Translations under genes and position numbers: made by a program
Assembly (NCBI GenBank): GCA_965153355.1
Contig: OZ231126.1
Coordinates: forward strand, 25,730,001-25,794,000
Direction: 5' to 3'
Source of the DNA: Flaccisagitta enflata
Taxonomy: Eukaryota
Length of the DNA stretch: 64,000 nt
Shown: positions 1 to 12,527 of the stretch, one piece after another
Numbering within the stretch: position 1 is the first letter of the stretch
Layout: each line of letters opens with the position of its first letter
The notes under the pieces: model-generated
Database searches by the model: none
What the model was told of the DNA's origin: nothing
What the model saw: the letters and a program-made list of their open reading frames with translations, nothing else

Positions 1-1434
1 TCTGTCCGTAATGCTTGCCAAACATCTGTCCAGGATGCCTGTTATTCAAATTTTCATTGAATATCAATAGAGAACTGACAAAGGGCAGAATATGGACAAT
101 GGTACTTCTTTATATTTTTGTATAATGAAGTTGTTGAGGCAGGAGCAGCCGTGATCTGGGTCTCTTAGGCCAGACCTGAACCTCAGAGACCAATTTTTGG
201 TCTCAGAGGTGCAAGGATTTGCTTCTGAGGTCAGATTTACCCTCTGAGCGCTAGGGATTTAGGCTCACAGGCCAGCACCAGGCTCCTTAATCTGGGTCCC
301 AAAGGTCAGGATCTGGGTCTCTAAGGCTTATAAACAAAATTTTTAAGTGAGAGTGACTGTTTAAGAGGAAGGAATGGAAGTACCCTCGATTAGGCCCTGA
401 AAACATAACGTTTATAAAACTGCAACGCTGATTCTAAAAATCATAGGCGTTTCCTTGCCAACTATTGCCAACTGTTTGAAAAAAGTCATGTCTGACTTGT
501 GAGGGTGACAGCCTCATATCTAGTTGGTCAAAATCTGATAAACGCTTGTAAATGCAGGAGTAGACACGGCAGTAATGCATAGCTATTTTTGCCAATGGGC
601 AGGGGCAGATGGCTATGCCTAAGAAGCAAATTTTTGGCAGTTGATCGGACAGACTGATCAACAGATGGACACAGCGACAGATAGAACAGCTTTAGTTGCG
701 TGCAGGTATGCAGTTGTTAATATGGGAGGCCAATCAGGTTTTTTGGACAGGGGCAGTAACTCTGTAAAGTTACCCAAAATCAAACAAATGCAGCAAACGG
801 ACAGACTGCTGGATGATGGGTGGACAGATGGACGGATGGATAGAGGGACCAACAGGTGGTTGACGTAGTAGTGTAGCACGCGACCTAAAACAAGATTTCC
901 ATAGCTTCTTATATTCGTTCTTGAAAATCAAACCAGTTCTCAACAACTGCTCTAAGTAAACAGTTCCGCCCACATTCCAGATGAAATCAGCTTGAAACGT
1001 TTATTTTTTAAATAAAAATTATTGTATGATCACTTCACCCCCCCCTCCACACAAATACAAACAAACAATATTTGATACAGAGATTGGGATGGGTGCTAAG
1101 TGAAACAAATCATCTATGTAGTAGTGGCTATCTAATTGTTGCTGTTGTTGTCTGTCAGCGTTGTCGTTAAGCCGGCATATGATATTGCTGTTGCTGTTGT
1201 TGTTGTTGTTGTTGCTGCTGTTGCTGCTTTTGTTGTTGTATTCTGTAAGAAGATTTGGAGTTTCAGCTGCCACCATGGCCACTATAGACTTGATGGTAAC
1301 CGCAATCATCTCCATGCAGCAGTCAGTTGACGCCAATCGGATATTATGTTACCTGGAAGAGAAAAGTGTGAATATTCAGACGCGTTGAATAACATGGTTG
1401 CGCTGAAACAAAAGTTGTTAAACAGTAAAATACC

Positions 1435-2640
1435 GTTGGCGCTTTTGTTATTGTTCTTTTTACTGTTGTTGTCGTAGTCTGCTGTTTGTTCTGTTAGATG
1501 TTGTTGACGCGTGCTGCTGTTGCTGTTGCTGTTGCTGTTGACCGCTGTTGCTGTTGCTGTTGTTGTTGTTGTTGTTGCTGCTGCTGTTGTTGTTGTTGTC
1601 CAACGTTATTTGTCGCGGTTGTTGCTGGGATGTTCTTATCTGTTGTTGTCTGCGTTTGTTTCTGTTTGGTTGCTTTCTGTTTCCTTGCTGTGTTTGCTGT
1701 TTTTTCTTTTGTTTTTTTTATGTCTTTGCTGTTTGCTTGTTGTTGCTGTTGTCGCTATGCCCGTTGTTTGTTGTCTGTTGTTTGTTGTTTTCGTTGTTTG
1801 TTTGTTGTTGCCAGTCTGTTGCGGTTTGTTGTTGCCATTGCAGATGCTGTTGTCGCTGTCGCTGTTGTTGCCGCCGCTGTTGCTGTTGTTAAGGTTGTTG
1901 CTGTTAAGTTATCGCGGCGGTTGCTGTTGTTGCTGTTTTTGCTTTCGCTTTGTTTTCGCTGCGCTGTTTTCGCTTTTATGCTGTTTTTGTTGCTGCTGTT
2001 GCTGTTATTGTTGTTGTTGCTGTTGTTGTTGTTATTGTTATTGTTGTTGCTGTTGTTGTTGCTAAGTGTTGCTGCTGTTGTTGTTGTCGTTGTTGTTGCT
2101 GCTGTTTTTGCCTTCGCTATTTTTATTTTCGCTATGTTGCTTTTCATTTCAGTTGGCTTTCATTGCTGCTGTTGTTGCTGTTATTGCTGTTGTTGTTGCT
2201 GCTGCTGTTGCTGCTGTTTTTGCTGTTATTTTTGGCTTTCATGATGGTTTTCGCTGGTGTTGTTTTCATTTTGGCGTTGCTTTCGCTGCTGTTGTTGCTG
2301 GCTGTTATTGTTATTGCTATTGAGCATTGCTGTTGTTGCTGTTGTTGGGGTTGCTGTTGCTGCTGCTGCTTTGCATGACGCGGCGTCGTTGCTGGGTTTA
2401 TTGTCGCTGCTGTTTACGCTGCTGACGCTTTTGTTGTTGCTATTGTTGTTGACGTTGTTGTTGTTGCTCTTGCTGTTGCTGTTGTTGTTGCTCGGGCTGT
2501 TGTTATTGCTGTCACACGCACGTTTCACTTTTATCTTTTCGCCGCTGTCTTCGCCATCAATACCACCGTCATTGCCATCATTATCGCTGCTCACCGCAAC
2601 ATCGCCATCGCCGTTGTATTGTCAGCTTCTCTGCACCGCC
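1435..2640. repeat. Degenerate (GTT/GCT)n trinucleotide field
   Basis: Directly visible. Confidence 0.95.
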
Positions 2641-3488
2641 GTGATTTCCGTTATCATCGTAATCGCCATTGTTTGGAGTTTAGTTATTAGTTATTTAGTA
2701 AAAAAGGTCGAGTCTTCGAAATAAACGCAAGCAGAAAAAAAGAAAATCTGGAGAGAAAGAAAAATATGTGGTTGCAGTCTTGTAAGAACGACTTTTGAGA
2801 GAAGGAAATGATTCTTCGCAGAGATTTTTTGTCCAATTTTTTACTCAGAAACACAAATTGATGACGTATTAGAGTCAAGACACTACGATATACTGATGGG
2901 AATGTTACACTGGCCCTACATAATGAGTGGATCAAGGATTCGATAGAGCTATTGTCAGACAACAAAAGTATGTCATAAAAATTTTTTGGGTGAAATAAGT
3001 ACAACTAAAGGTGCGCCACCGAGACATTTGAATGTATGGTTAGAAAGCAATGGAAAAGGGCTTCCTTTTCATGTATTCAAATCAGACGGTGGCGCACTCT
3101 TTGTATGACTTCTTACATTTATCTTGAAGTAGGAGATTGGGGTGGGACTCCCATGACCATGGCAAGATTCGGGGTGCCTCTAGGAGTCATCTAATATGCC
3201 TATTTGTATACCATACCTTCTCCTTAAGATGATAGAACTCAGGCCAGAATTCAGGTTTTCTAGCCAGGTAACACCCCTTCCATAATTAGGCGAACTGGGA
3301 TGAAAACACGCTGTTTAAGGGTTGATAAACAGGGGTATGATCAATTTAAACGATGTAAAACGTCAACATCGGTAATTCTTATCATCATAATGCAATAAAT
3401 GACTCAAAAATGTGAACGGCTATCTCATTATGAGCTCAATTATGCAAATTAGCGAAAGGTCACGTTAGGGCCCTCTCTCGCCGTGATT

Positions 3489-3734
3489 TCAATATGTCAC
3501 CTTCTTTTCCTTAGCTTTTATTAGTTTACGCGACCTTCCTTGCCCCTCCTTCTGCGCCACTGACTCTCCTGCGTCAACTAACTGCATTACGCGATATGTG
3601 GCATTTTTTTTGCATCCCACTTTCTTAAAATACTTGAAGGTATACGTCCTCCTCTTTGAAACATTTTTCCCGTAGAAATTGGCAAAAATGTGACGCTGCA
3701 CTTCCAGTAAAAGATCCTCCATCCCCCTCATCAT
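3489..3734 (-). pseudogene. Tc1/IS630-like transposase N-terminal (HTH) fragment
   Basis: ATYRVMQLVDAGESVAQKEGQGRSRKL resembles the conserved ..G.V.RK.GSGRPRK motif. Confidence 0.55.
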
Positions 3735-4607
3735 GCAGGAAAATCCCCAACATCGCTCTTCTACGTCAAAGTACTACGTCCTTAGCCATTCCCAGTCACC
3801 TCATCACTCTGAGGGCATTTTTTACCATCCATTTGAGTCATTTTTCCAGTTCGCTTAATTATGGAAGGTGCATGCCCATTTACCTGGTCTGGCATGGCTT
3901 GGGATTGGGTCAACTTTAAGTGATTGGACCATTTGCTTGGATTTGGGCCATACAGTTTGGATTTCTGGCCCTAAAGACGAAACCATGGTGAAGTGGGGAT
4001 TGGATGGACGTGGGTACGGACGTACGGACGGATGGACAGATGGACGGAAGGACAGATTCCCCCTGGGTTCTACAGGACTTTGTCCCCTTCGGCGCCGCTG
4101 CCCAAAAATCACTTAGAGTCTTGAACTGTGTTCAATTATATAAGTTTTGTGAAAAACAGTGTGACATAGTGTGACAAGGTGTTAACTCGATAGGACACTT
4201 TTTTAAAAAATCAATATCTCCAAATGAATGATTGGACAGATTGGTAGAAGAAAACAGTGTTTTTTTGCCGCCAAATCAAGTTTTTCAGCTGGCCCACTTT
4301 TTAGGAGAAATTGCCTATAGTAAAATTTTCACACATTTTTCCTCCCTGCTTACAAAAACAGTTTGCTGCCTGCGAGCACTGCTTGCGTGCTCGGGCACTT
4401 TGTCATACCCTGGCTATCGCCGTAAGGAAAAAAGGCGTAAGCATTGGCCACTTTCCACCAAGTTTTTATCTTCACTCGTTGCAATTTTTAGTCGCTACAG
4501 TATCGCGACTTACAACCGTTCGTGGGTCGGTTTGCCGGGTCGGTTTCCGTCCATGGTAACATCGTAGCTTTTTGCGCTTCGTTGTCTGGAGTTATTTGAG
4601 TCATTTT

Positions 4608-5460
4608 TGTATGAGCTGGAATTATTGGTTCATTTTTTGGTCATTTTTTGGTCATTTTTGGTCATTTTTATCATGGTCATTTTGGTCAGTTTGGTCATTT
4701 TGTCATTTTTGGTCATTTTTGGTCATTTTTTATCAATTTCTGATCATTTTTAATATTTTTGGCTGGTTTTTGGTCATTTTTGGTCATCTTTATCATTTTT
4801 GGTCATTTTGTGATTTTTTTAACAGTTTTTATTATTTTTGATTATTTTGGTCATTTTGGGTTATTCTTGGAAGGCATTTTGGGTCATTTGTCATTTTTGG
4901 CTATTTTTATTATTATGGCTGATTTTTTTGGTCATTTTTGATCATTTTGATCATTTTTTGTCATTTTTGTTCATTTTTGTCATTTTTTGTCATTTTTGAT
5001 CATTTTTGTCATTTTTGGTCTTTTTGGATCATTTGGTCAGTTTTTAATACTTGGTTTATTTGGTCATTTTTGGTCATTTTTGATCATTTTGGTCATATTT
5101 AGTATTTAGTCATTTTTGGTCATTTTTGTCTTTTTTGGGCCATTAATTTGGCTTGGCTTTTGTCATTTTTGGTCATTTTGGGCTATTATTACGGGTCACT
5201 TGGACATTTTTGATCATTTTTGGTCATTTTTTGGTCATTTTTGGTCTTTTTAGTTTGTTTTCATTAAGTTTTGATCATTTTTGGTCATCTTTGGTCATCT
5301 TGGTCATTTTGGTCATTATGGTCATTCTGGTCATCTTGGTCATTTTGGTCATTTTTGGTCATTTTTGGTCATTTTGGTCATTTTGGTCATTTTGGTCATT
5401 TTTATTGGCTTATTATTTTTGGTCATTTTAACACTTAATATTTTAATATTTTGGTCATTT
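4608..5460 (+). repeat. Degenerate 9-10 bp minisatellite (GGTCATTTT)
   Basis: Dozens of GGTCATTTT(T) units visible directly. Confidence 0.95.
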
Positions 5461-5461
5461 C

Positions 5462-6305
5462 GTTAAAGTCTGCTGGTTAAAGTCTGTTGGTTAAAGTCTG
5501 CTGGGTAAAGTCTGATGGTTAAAGTCTGCTGGTTTAAATCTGTTGGTTTACATCTTCAAGGTTTGGTGCCTGTTGTTTAAATCTAACAAGGTTCGGTTGT
5601 TAAAGTCTGCTGGTTTAAACCACCGGTTTGGGTTCGGTTTAGAAACTTAATATTCAGGCCCGCTACCCAATGGGTTTAAGTCTGCCGGTTTAAGTCTTCG
5701 CCGTTAAAAATGATATTGAAGATAATTGCTGGTTTAAGTCTGGTTTAGTCGTTTAAGTCTGGTTTAAGTCTGGTTTAAGTCTGGTTTAAGTATGGTTTAA
5801 GTCTGGTTAAAGTCTGGTTTAAGTCTGGTTTAAGTCTGGTTTATGTCTGGTTTAAGTCTGGTTTAAGTCTGGTTCAAAACTGGTTCATGTCTGATTTATG
5901 TCTGGTTTAGGTCTGGGTTAGGTCTGGTTTAGGTCTGGTCTATGTCTGGTTTTTGTCTGGTTTATATTTGATTTAGGTCTGGTTTTGGTCTGGTTTTGGT
6001 CTGGTTTTGGTCTGGTTTTGGTCTGGTCTAATTCTGGTTTGAGTCTGGTTTGAGTCTGGTTTGAGTCTGGTTTGAGTCTGGTTTGAGTCTGGTTTGAGTC
6101 TGGTTTGAGTCTTGTTTGAGTCTGGTTTGAGTCTGGTTTGAGTCTGGCTTACATCTGGTTTATGTCTGGTTTATGTCTGGTTTATGTCTGATTTAGGTCT
6201 GATTTCGGTCTGATTTAATTCTGGTTTGAGTCTGGTTTGAGTCTGGTTTGAGTCTGGTTTGAGTCTGGTTTGAGTCTGGTTTGGGTCTGTTTTGTGTTTA
6301 AGTCT
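5462..6305 (+). repeat. 11-14 bp minisatellite (TCTGGTTTAAG / TCTGGTTTGAG)
   Basis: Tandem units visible directly. Confidence 0.95.
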
Positions 6306-6649
6306 GATTTTCGATAAAAAGATACAATAAGGAGTCAGGTCAGTTCAGTTATTTTTGTCCTGCACGCGACTTATAGGTGTTGGCCTTGTTTTTTAATTTG
6401 TCAGATTGAATCAACAGCAATTAATTGCTTTTAATACTATCTGACAACTAATTGTATGTATTGAAACAAGGCCAACACCTATAAGTCGCGTGCGAGGGTG
6501 GGGCGGGGGGGGGGTATGGACACTTGTTCCTCCAGATTGATGGACACAGGAACGGATAGATTCCCCTATGTTCTACAGGACTTGGTCCCCTTTGGTTCCT
6601 CGGGATTGCTCGGGGTTTGCTTGGGATTTGCTCAGGGTTGACTCAGGAT

Positions 6650-6750
<101 letters not shown>

Positions 6751-6848
6751 TGTTCGCACAAGCACGCAATTTTGCTAGCAGAGAAGCTAGCAGTAATCGG
6801 AAACTGCTAGCAGTAAGCAGCATTACTTTTTTCATTCAATCTTCTGTA

Positions 6849-7240
6849 CAGTTAAACCCCGCTCTTACGGTTTTTGAAGGATTGACAAATCTCATCTATC
6901 ATAGGTAGAATTCTGTTACAACCAACATAGGAAACAACAAGTGACGCGGGGTCACAATATTGTTACGGACGGGTGGGCAAGGGCATCCAACCCCAACCCA
7001 CATCCCATGCCTCCACTATCGACACCCAAACCAAAAAAGGCCTCTAAAACGCTTGTTTTCCAATTTTCTACTCATGGGTTATGGACAGATGGACGGGTGG
7101 ACGGACGGATGGATTGACAAAGCCTCTTATAGAGTTGCGTGTCCGCAACTAAAAAGAAACAAGCCAAAGGGACTGTGAATTTTCATCTATTATAGGGGGA
7201 ATGCCATTTGCGGCGGGTCCGTTAGAGCGGGGTTCAACTA
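6849..7240. mobile_element. pogo/Tigger-like MITE interrupted by a HINE
   Basis: TA-CAGTTAAACCCCGCTCTTACGG ... CCGTTAGAGCGGGGTTCAACT. Confidence 0.65.
6936..7155 (-). mobile_element. HINE copy, AGTTGCGGAC subfamily
   Basis: 5' hairpin AGTTGCG-GACA-CGCAACT, GTCC repeats, 3' hairpin GTGAC-CCCGC-GTCAC followed by TTGTT. Confidence 0.75.
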
Positions 7241-7951
7241 TTTCTTTTGTTCTCTTTTTATTTGCTTGCACGTGACTCTACACCTTACTCTGTTGGTCGG
7301 TTGGTACATTGGTCCATTGGTCCATTGGTCACTCAGTTGGTCTGTTTATCTATGATATTTTTAGGTTTTCGACTTTTTTGCATATTCTAAGATCAAATAA
7401 GTTGTTTTTGGATATAAATTTATGATTTTATTGAAAAAAATTGGGTGTTGTTCATGTGGTAAACCCGATATAATACCCAATACATATTGCACGGCCTTGG
7501 AGGAGAGAAAGGACAAAAGGAAGGAAGGGGGAGGGAGGGAGGTAGGAAGGAAGGAATGAATGGAAGGAAGGAAGGAAGGAAGAAAGGAATGAAGGGAAAG
7601 AGGGGGGGGGAGGAAAGAAAGGAGTATGTATGCAAGCAGTTGTGTATGTTACTGAAAGACAAAGCATGCGACTGTTGGCCAGTTGGGCTTGTTTAAACAA
7701 AACCTTCGTTTGGCTTTATCTAATTTCTACTCATTTTTTGAATTAAAAGAATAATACACTTAAAACTAATTGTTGAATAAATCAAATCAAATCAAAGATG
7801 TGTCAAGTCTTCCCATGACAACTCATTTAAGCTAACAGGATACAACCAATTATTCAGAACTACTCTTTTCTGCTAACAGTGCTAGCAATTAAAAATTGTT
7901 TCTGCTTTCTGCCAGAGTAAGAATCCACTGCTGTTGCGAACACTAGAGTTG

Positions 7952-8373
7952 TCCCCTGATCTCATTCCAATGGAAAACCTTCGAAATCAGATGAAAAACT
8001 TGCAGCTATAATAATGCGCAACACCAATCACAGGGTTAAAAACAAGGCCGGATACACGGCTACCGAAGTCGCGTACAAGTGGGCAGGGGCCATATTTGAG
8101 GTCACCAGACCATTTGGTCAGGAGCAGGGAGGTCAAAGTATTAAAATCATAAAAAAAAGTAAAGTGTGACCAACCGACCGACCAACCGACCGACCGACCG
8201 ACCGACGGACAAAGCGGGTTGTAGAGTCGCGTGCACGCGACTAAAAATTCGCAGAGAAGATTTGGAAACAAGCCGCACCAGATCACCTGAAAAAGCTCTT
8301 CAAAATGATGCCGAGGCAAAGGGAAGCAATCATTGAGGCCCAGGGTGGACACATGAACTACCAATTTGCTTGA
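7952..8373 (+). pseudogene. Tc1/mariner transposase C-terminal relic, interrupted by a HINE
   Basis: SPDLIPMENL (cf. SPDLNPIENLW) ... KIWKQ..MMPRQREAIIEAQGGHMNY (cf. SMPRRL..VI.AKGGHTKY). Contains two in-frame stops. Confidence 0.8.
8041..8247 (-). mobile_element. HINE copy, AGTCGCGTG subfamily
   Basis: Complete. Inserted in an A/T run of the Tc1 relic without a TSD. Confidence 0.85.
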
Positions 8374-9342
8374 ATTGAGTTTAATTGTATTTTATGGGTG
8401 AATATATGAACTTATACCCTACGTGCTGCAACACTTATTTCCTAGGTAGTATATTTGTTCCTTGAAAAGAGATCGGGAAGAAAATCAAATTTGAAATCTT
8501 AACAGTTGACACCGTAGTATGGTGAAAACTACATAAATTCAAGTTGCAAATGTCATTTGTTTTCATATCACACCTGAGACCTCTGGCTTACTTGATGGAG
8601 ACTAGGTAGACAAAAGGGCATGGGAACGTGGAATATCTGCAGATTTTAGGATGACAGAGAGGGAATTCAATATCAGAGCGCGTGCGCCGCCGCCTCCCCA
8701 CGTTTTAGGCTCATGAATATCCCCCCCCCTATATCATCTCTGTGATATGATTTTCATTGTCGATCCTCCTTATTTAAAAAGTTTAATATTGATAGCTCGT
8801 TTTCTTTATTTTGCATTTTCAGTGTCCTTTAATCATTTAAATGATTATTCTCTCTTTTTTAGCAGAAAACATCTTATTTGAAGCCTTTGTTATACTCCAG
8901 CTGTCTTGGGCTAGGGAGGGACGATGAGAAGATTTGATAAGTACTACAGGTTTACATTATTGTTGCAATATGAGGAGGGGGGAGGGGTGAAGATGCGCAT
9001 TTTGACCTCATATTGCTTCAACAGTGTGAAAAACCTCCTCTCTGTACAGTATTCACTAACAATGATTTCGGAAAATCATGTTTGTAGATACTGCCAAGCT
9101 ACAACAAGAGTAACAGAAATCTACTAGCAACACATACAATTTGTTAGTCTTTTTATAGACGATTCTCTTTATTTCCATATTGGCAATAACAGAAATCCAT
9201 AAATAAAAGAAAAAAAATTACCAGTCTCTTGAGATCAACGGGATTTAACTGCAAAAAAAAACTGTTTTGATATAGTCTTACCCAGCTCTATTGGACCTGT
9301 TGTTAACAGAATTCCACCTAAAACGGATGCCAAGATTTTCCC

Positions 9343-9583
9343 TTTTTTAGTCGCATCCTGCGCGACTCTACACCCTGCTATGTCGGTCCATCGGTCCAAC
9401 AGTTGGAAGGTTGGTTGGTCCGTCCGTCGGTCCGTCAGTCCATTGGTTGGTCCCCTTTTTACTTTTCTGGTGTTTTTGAGCGTTTTGAGCATAAGGCTCC
9501 TGCCCAGATGCGTTAGTGACCTTCTCCAGCACTGCTCCTGCCTATCCACACGCAACTAGGGTAGCCGTGTATCCGGCCTTGTT
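9343..9583 (+). mobile_element. HINE copy
   Basis: TTTTAGTCGC..CGCGACTCTACACCC, GTCY tract, ..GGTAGCCGTGTATCCGGCCTTGTT. Confidence 0.85.
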
Positions 9584-10133
9584 ATCATAATTGGCACTAA
9601 CAGAGTTCAACCTATAGCAGGCATAACTATTGATCCCTTAAAATCTGTAAGGACGGGATGCAACTATATGAAGACTCAGCCTGTGCCATTATGAGTTAAT
9701 ATTAGCTAACCTTTCTCTTATCAGTGAAATCTGATGTTATGCAGTCTCTTACAACATTCTGCGCAAATTAGGACACCAATAACTTTAACAATGTCTAAAC
9801 TGCAATGCAGTCTGCTTTATGGCTACATATCTTTGATCTCCCTCCTTCATAATAGAGCATGGAAACTGCATGGCGTGCAAATGTAATCTTTTGTTTGCAC
9901 CCTAGAATATGAATTGTACTTGGATGTCCTCTATCAAACTTTTAAAAAACAAAAGATCCTGGCATCTGTACTGTAGTTACTACTATGATCATTTTTGATA
10001 CGTTTGAGTACAGAACATTATGACACACTTGACGCGATTGTCCACAGACTTCCCTGGCAAAGATGTCATTGCTAATTAACAGACGCACAGCTGGTGTAAA
10101 TTCATTCACTGAAATATTTTTATTGAGATACAC

Positions 10134-10867
10134 TTTTGGGCAGCGGCCCCGAAGGGGCCGATGACCTATGCTTTCACACATAGGGGAAATTTTTCCTTCT
10201 TCTTCTCCTCCTCCTTCTCCTCCGTCCACCCCCTTCGAAGCTCATATCCTGGCCTTGGGCCCATGATCCTAGTCTAGAGGCCCAAATCCTAGTCTAGAGG
10301 CCCAAATTCTAGCCTCAAGGCCCAAACCCCAACCTTGAGGCTCAAATCCCAGTCTAGAGGCCCATATTCCAGCCTCAAGGCCCATATCCCAGCCTCGAGG
10401 CTCACATCCCAGCCTCGAGGCTCACATCCCAGCCTCGAGGCTCACATCCTAGCCTCAAAGCTCAAATCCTAGCCTAAACCCTCAAATCCTAGCCTTGAGG
10501 CTCAAATTACAGCCTCATGGCTCAAATCACAGCCAAGATACTCAAATCCCCGCCTCGAGGCAGGTATCCCAGCCTAAAGCATCATATCCCAGCCTCAAGC
10601 CTCAAATACCAGCCTTGAGGCTCAAATCACAGCCTTGAGGCTCAAATCACAGCCTCAAGGCTCAAATCACAGACTCGAGGCTCAAATCACACCCTCATGG
10701 CTCAAATCACAGCCTCATGGCTCAAATCACAGCCTTAGAGGCTAAAACTTACTAAGCATAGGTCATCGGCCCCTTCGGGGCCGCTGCCCCTCTCACCATC
10801 ACAAATCAGATATACTCACATAGGGGCAACGGGTACCGCTGACCATCTAACGCTTTTGCGACTATTT
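10134..10867 (+). mobile_element. Second HINE-like family with 36-bp asymmetric inverted repeats and a 20-bp central tandem array
   Basis: GGGCAGCGGCCCCGAAGGGGCCGATGACCTATGCTT at 10138 has a perfect inverted copy at 10754-10789. About 25 units like CTCAAATCACAGCCTCGAGG lie between. The 3' tail motif is shared with the copy at 58003. Confidence 0.75.
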
Positions 10868-11372
10868 ATCTTGGAAAAAAGAAAGAAAGCTTTATCCACA
10901 TATTTTTGTCAAAATTGATGCCAGATGGTAGATGATGGAAAAATAAAATCATATTATACTTAATTGCTTCAGGTCAATGCCATGAAACTTTTTCGACAAT
11001 CTTGTTTAGCAGGGGGGTGTTTCATGGTGCCTTTACTTGTCCCTGGCCTTTCGCAGAAAATGAGCTGTCAAAAATTTGTCATTAAACCTGGTGAGTAGGG
11101 TCGAGCAGGCGATGTCTCTTAAAGTTAAACCATCAGATATATAAACAAATAGCTACTTTACATCATTTGATTCATTTTTGGGTCCATCTGCAACCACAAA
11201 GTCCACAGACAATTTTGGAAAATATTTCTTATCATTCTATTTTAAAAAATGACCAGGAAACAGTGTTTGTTTCCCCAGTCTCCCTGGTAACAGGGTGTAC
11301 AAAAAATTTCGTACTTGCCATCAAATCTAAAGAAAAGACCCCTATCACTGAAGAAATTTTCTCAGATTGATA

Positions 11373-11936
11373 CACCGTCTTCGGATCGGACTGTAAAATG
11401 CAAAACCTTTATAGCTCCTAAACCACTTGGAAAAAAGTTATGAAATTTTCAGTGAATATTGGTAACATGTGACGGTTTTTGCATGTCAAAGCTCAGATCA
11501 TAGTATGGGAAAGATGAGGGGAAAGTAAAATATTGAAAGAACATTCATTTTTTAAGCAAAATTGCTTTTTTCCCTGTTTTTTTTTTTTTTTTTTGGAAAG
11601 TGCTGTTTTTTTTCTAAGTATATGCAGGTAAAAGATAATACATAGGTTAACATCTGTCATCAAAAATAAATCAAGAGTTTTTGTTGAAATGCAAAGCAAT
11701 TTCAAGCAAATAAAGACAACTCCATCCTAAGGAAATAGGGAAAAATTGATCCTAATTAAAACATGGGTTTTCTTTCAATATTTTTTTTCCCTCACCTTTT
11801 CTATGCTATGATCTGAGCTTTTACATGCAAAAACCGTCATATGTTACCATTATTCACTGAAAATTTCATGACTTTTTTCCTAGTAGTTTAGGAGCTATAA
11901 AGGTTTTGCATTTTACAGTCCAATCCGAAGACGGTG
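11373..11936. mobile_element. Tc1/mariner MITE with long TIRs
   Basis: TA|CACCGTCTTCGGAT...ATCCGAAGACGGTG|TA. Inverted match extends over more than 140 bp. Confidence 0.9.
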
Positions 11937-12527
11937 TATCTAAATTTGAAAGTTAGGTTAGTCCTCATACTTTAGATAGAGAAAAAGGAGGTAGGGTAGA
12001 CAGCAGAATGCGTTTTTAGAATGACAGGGACAAAAGTGGACGGTTACAATAGATTTTTTTTTTTATGAACATTTATCTCTTTCTAAATTTGACTGTTGTA
12101 TCATTTTTTGAGGACTCAAACCCTCTCCTGTAGTTGACCTAACCAACTCTCCTTGATGCGTTTCTCCTCAATTAGTCCATCCAGGGGCCGATAAAGTTAC
12201 AAACCCTTCTTCTGTGAATAAACAGAGCTCTGCCAATAAACTCATGTTAAAATCCTTTTTTCAGTTTTTGCTTTAATACATGTCATGGTCATCTATGGAA
12301 ATTTTAACATCTGTCCTTGATTTCAACCTTTAGCATAACCAACTAAGATACTCTGGTTCAAATTTTATTTGTCCACTCCCATAAGAAATAGAATAGAATA
12401 GAATAGAAGGTTAATCTCCTAGGGCAGGCATTCAGCCCACATATTGGAGACGTCATTGCATTTTTGATGCGGTTGTTCAGCCGAATTCTTTCAGTCCCAG
12501 TCGTCCATTTTTTCGTTTCTCTCCACT

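Larger units (their letters stand above)
4485..6390 (+). mobile_element. HINE/DINE-1-like element with ~1.7 kb central minisatellite expansion
   Basis: 5' end TTTTTAGTCGC-loop-GCGACT hairpin with GTCG/GTCC-rich tract. 3' end CACGCGACTTATAGGTGTTGGCCTTGTT. Confidence 0.65.

Noticed and set aside
1498-2724. Long poly-Leu/Cys/Val/Asn ORFs here and at ~23300, 31600, 43000, 45700, 53200, 59000 and 61000
   Set aside because: Translations of microsatellites, open in several frames at once.
10241-10740. Regular 20-bp array as a possible CRISPR
   Set aside because: Tandem units without unique spacers, no cas genes, eukaryotic context.
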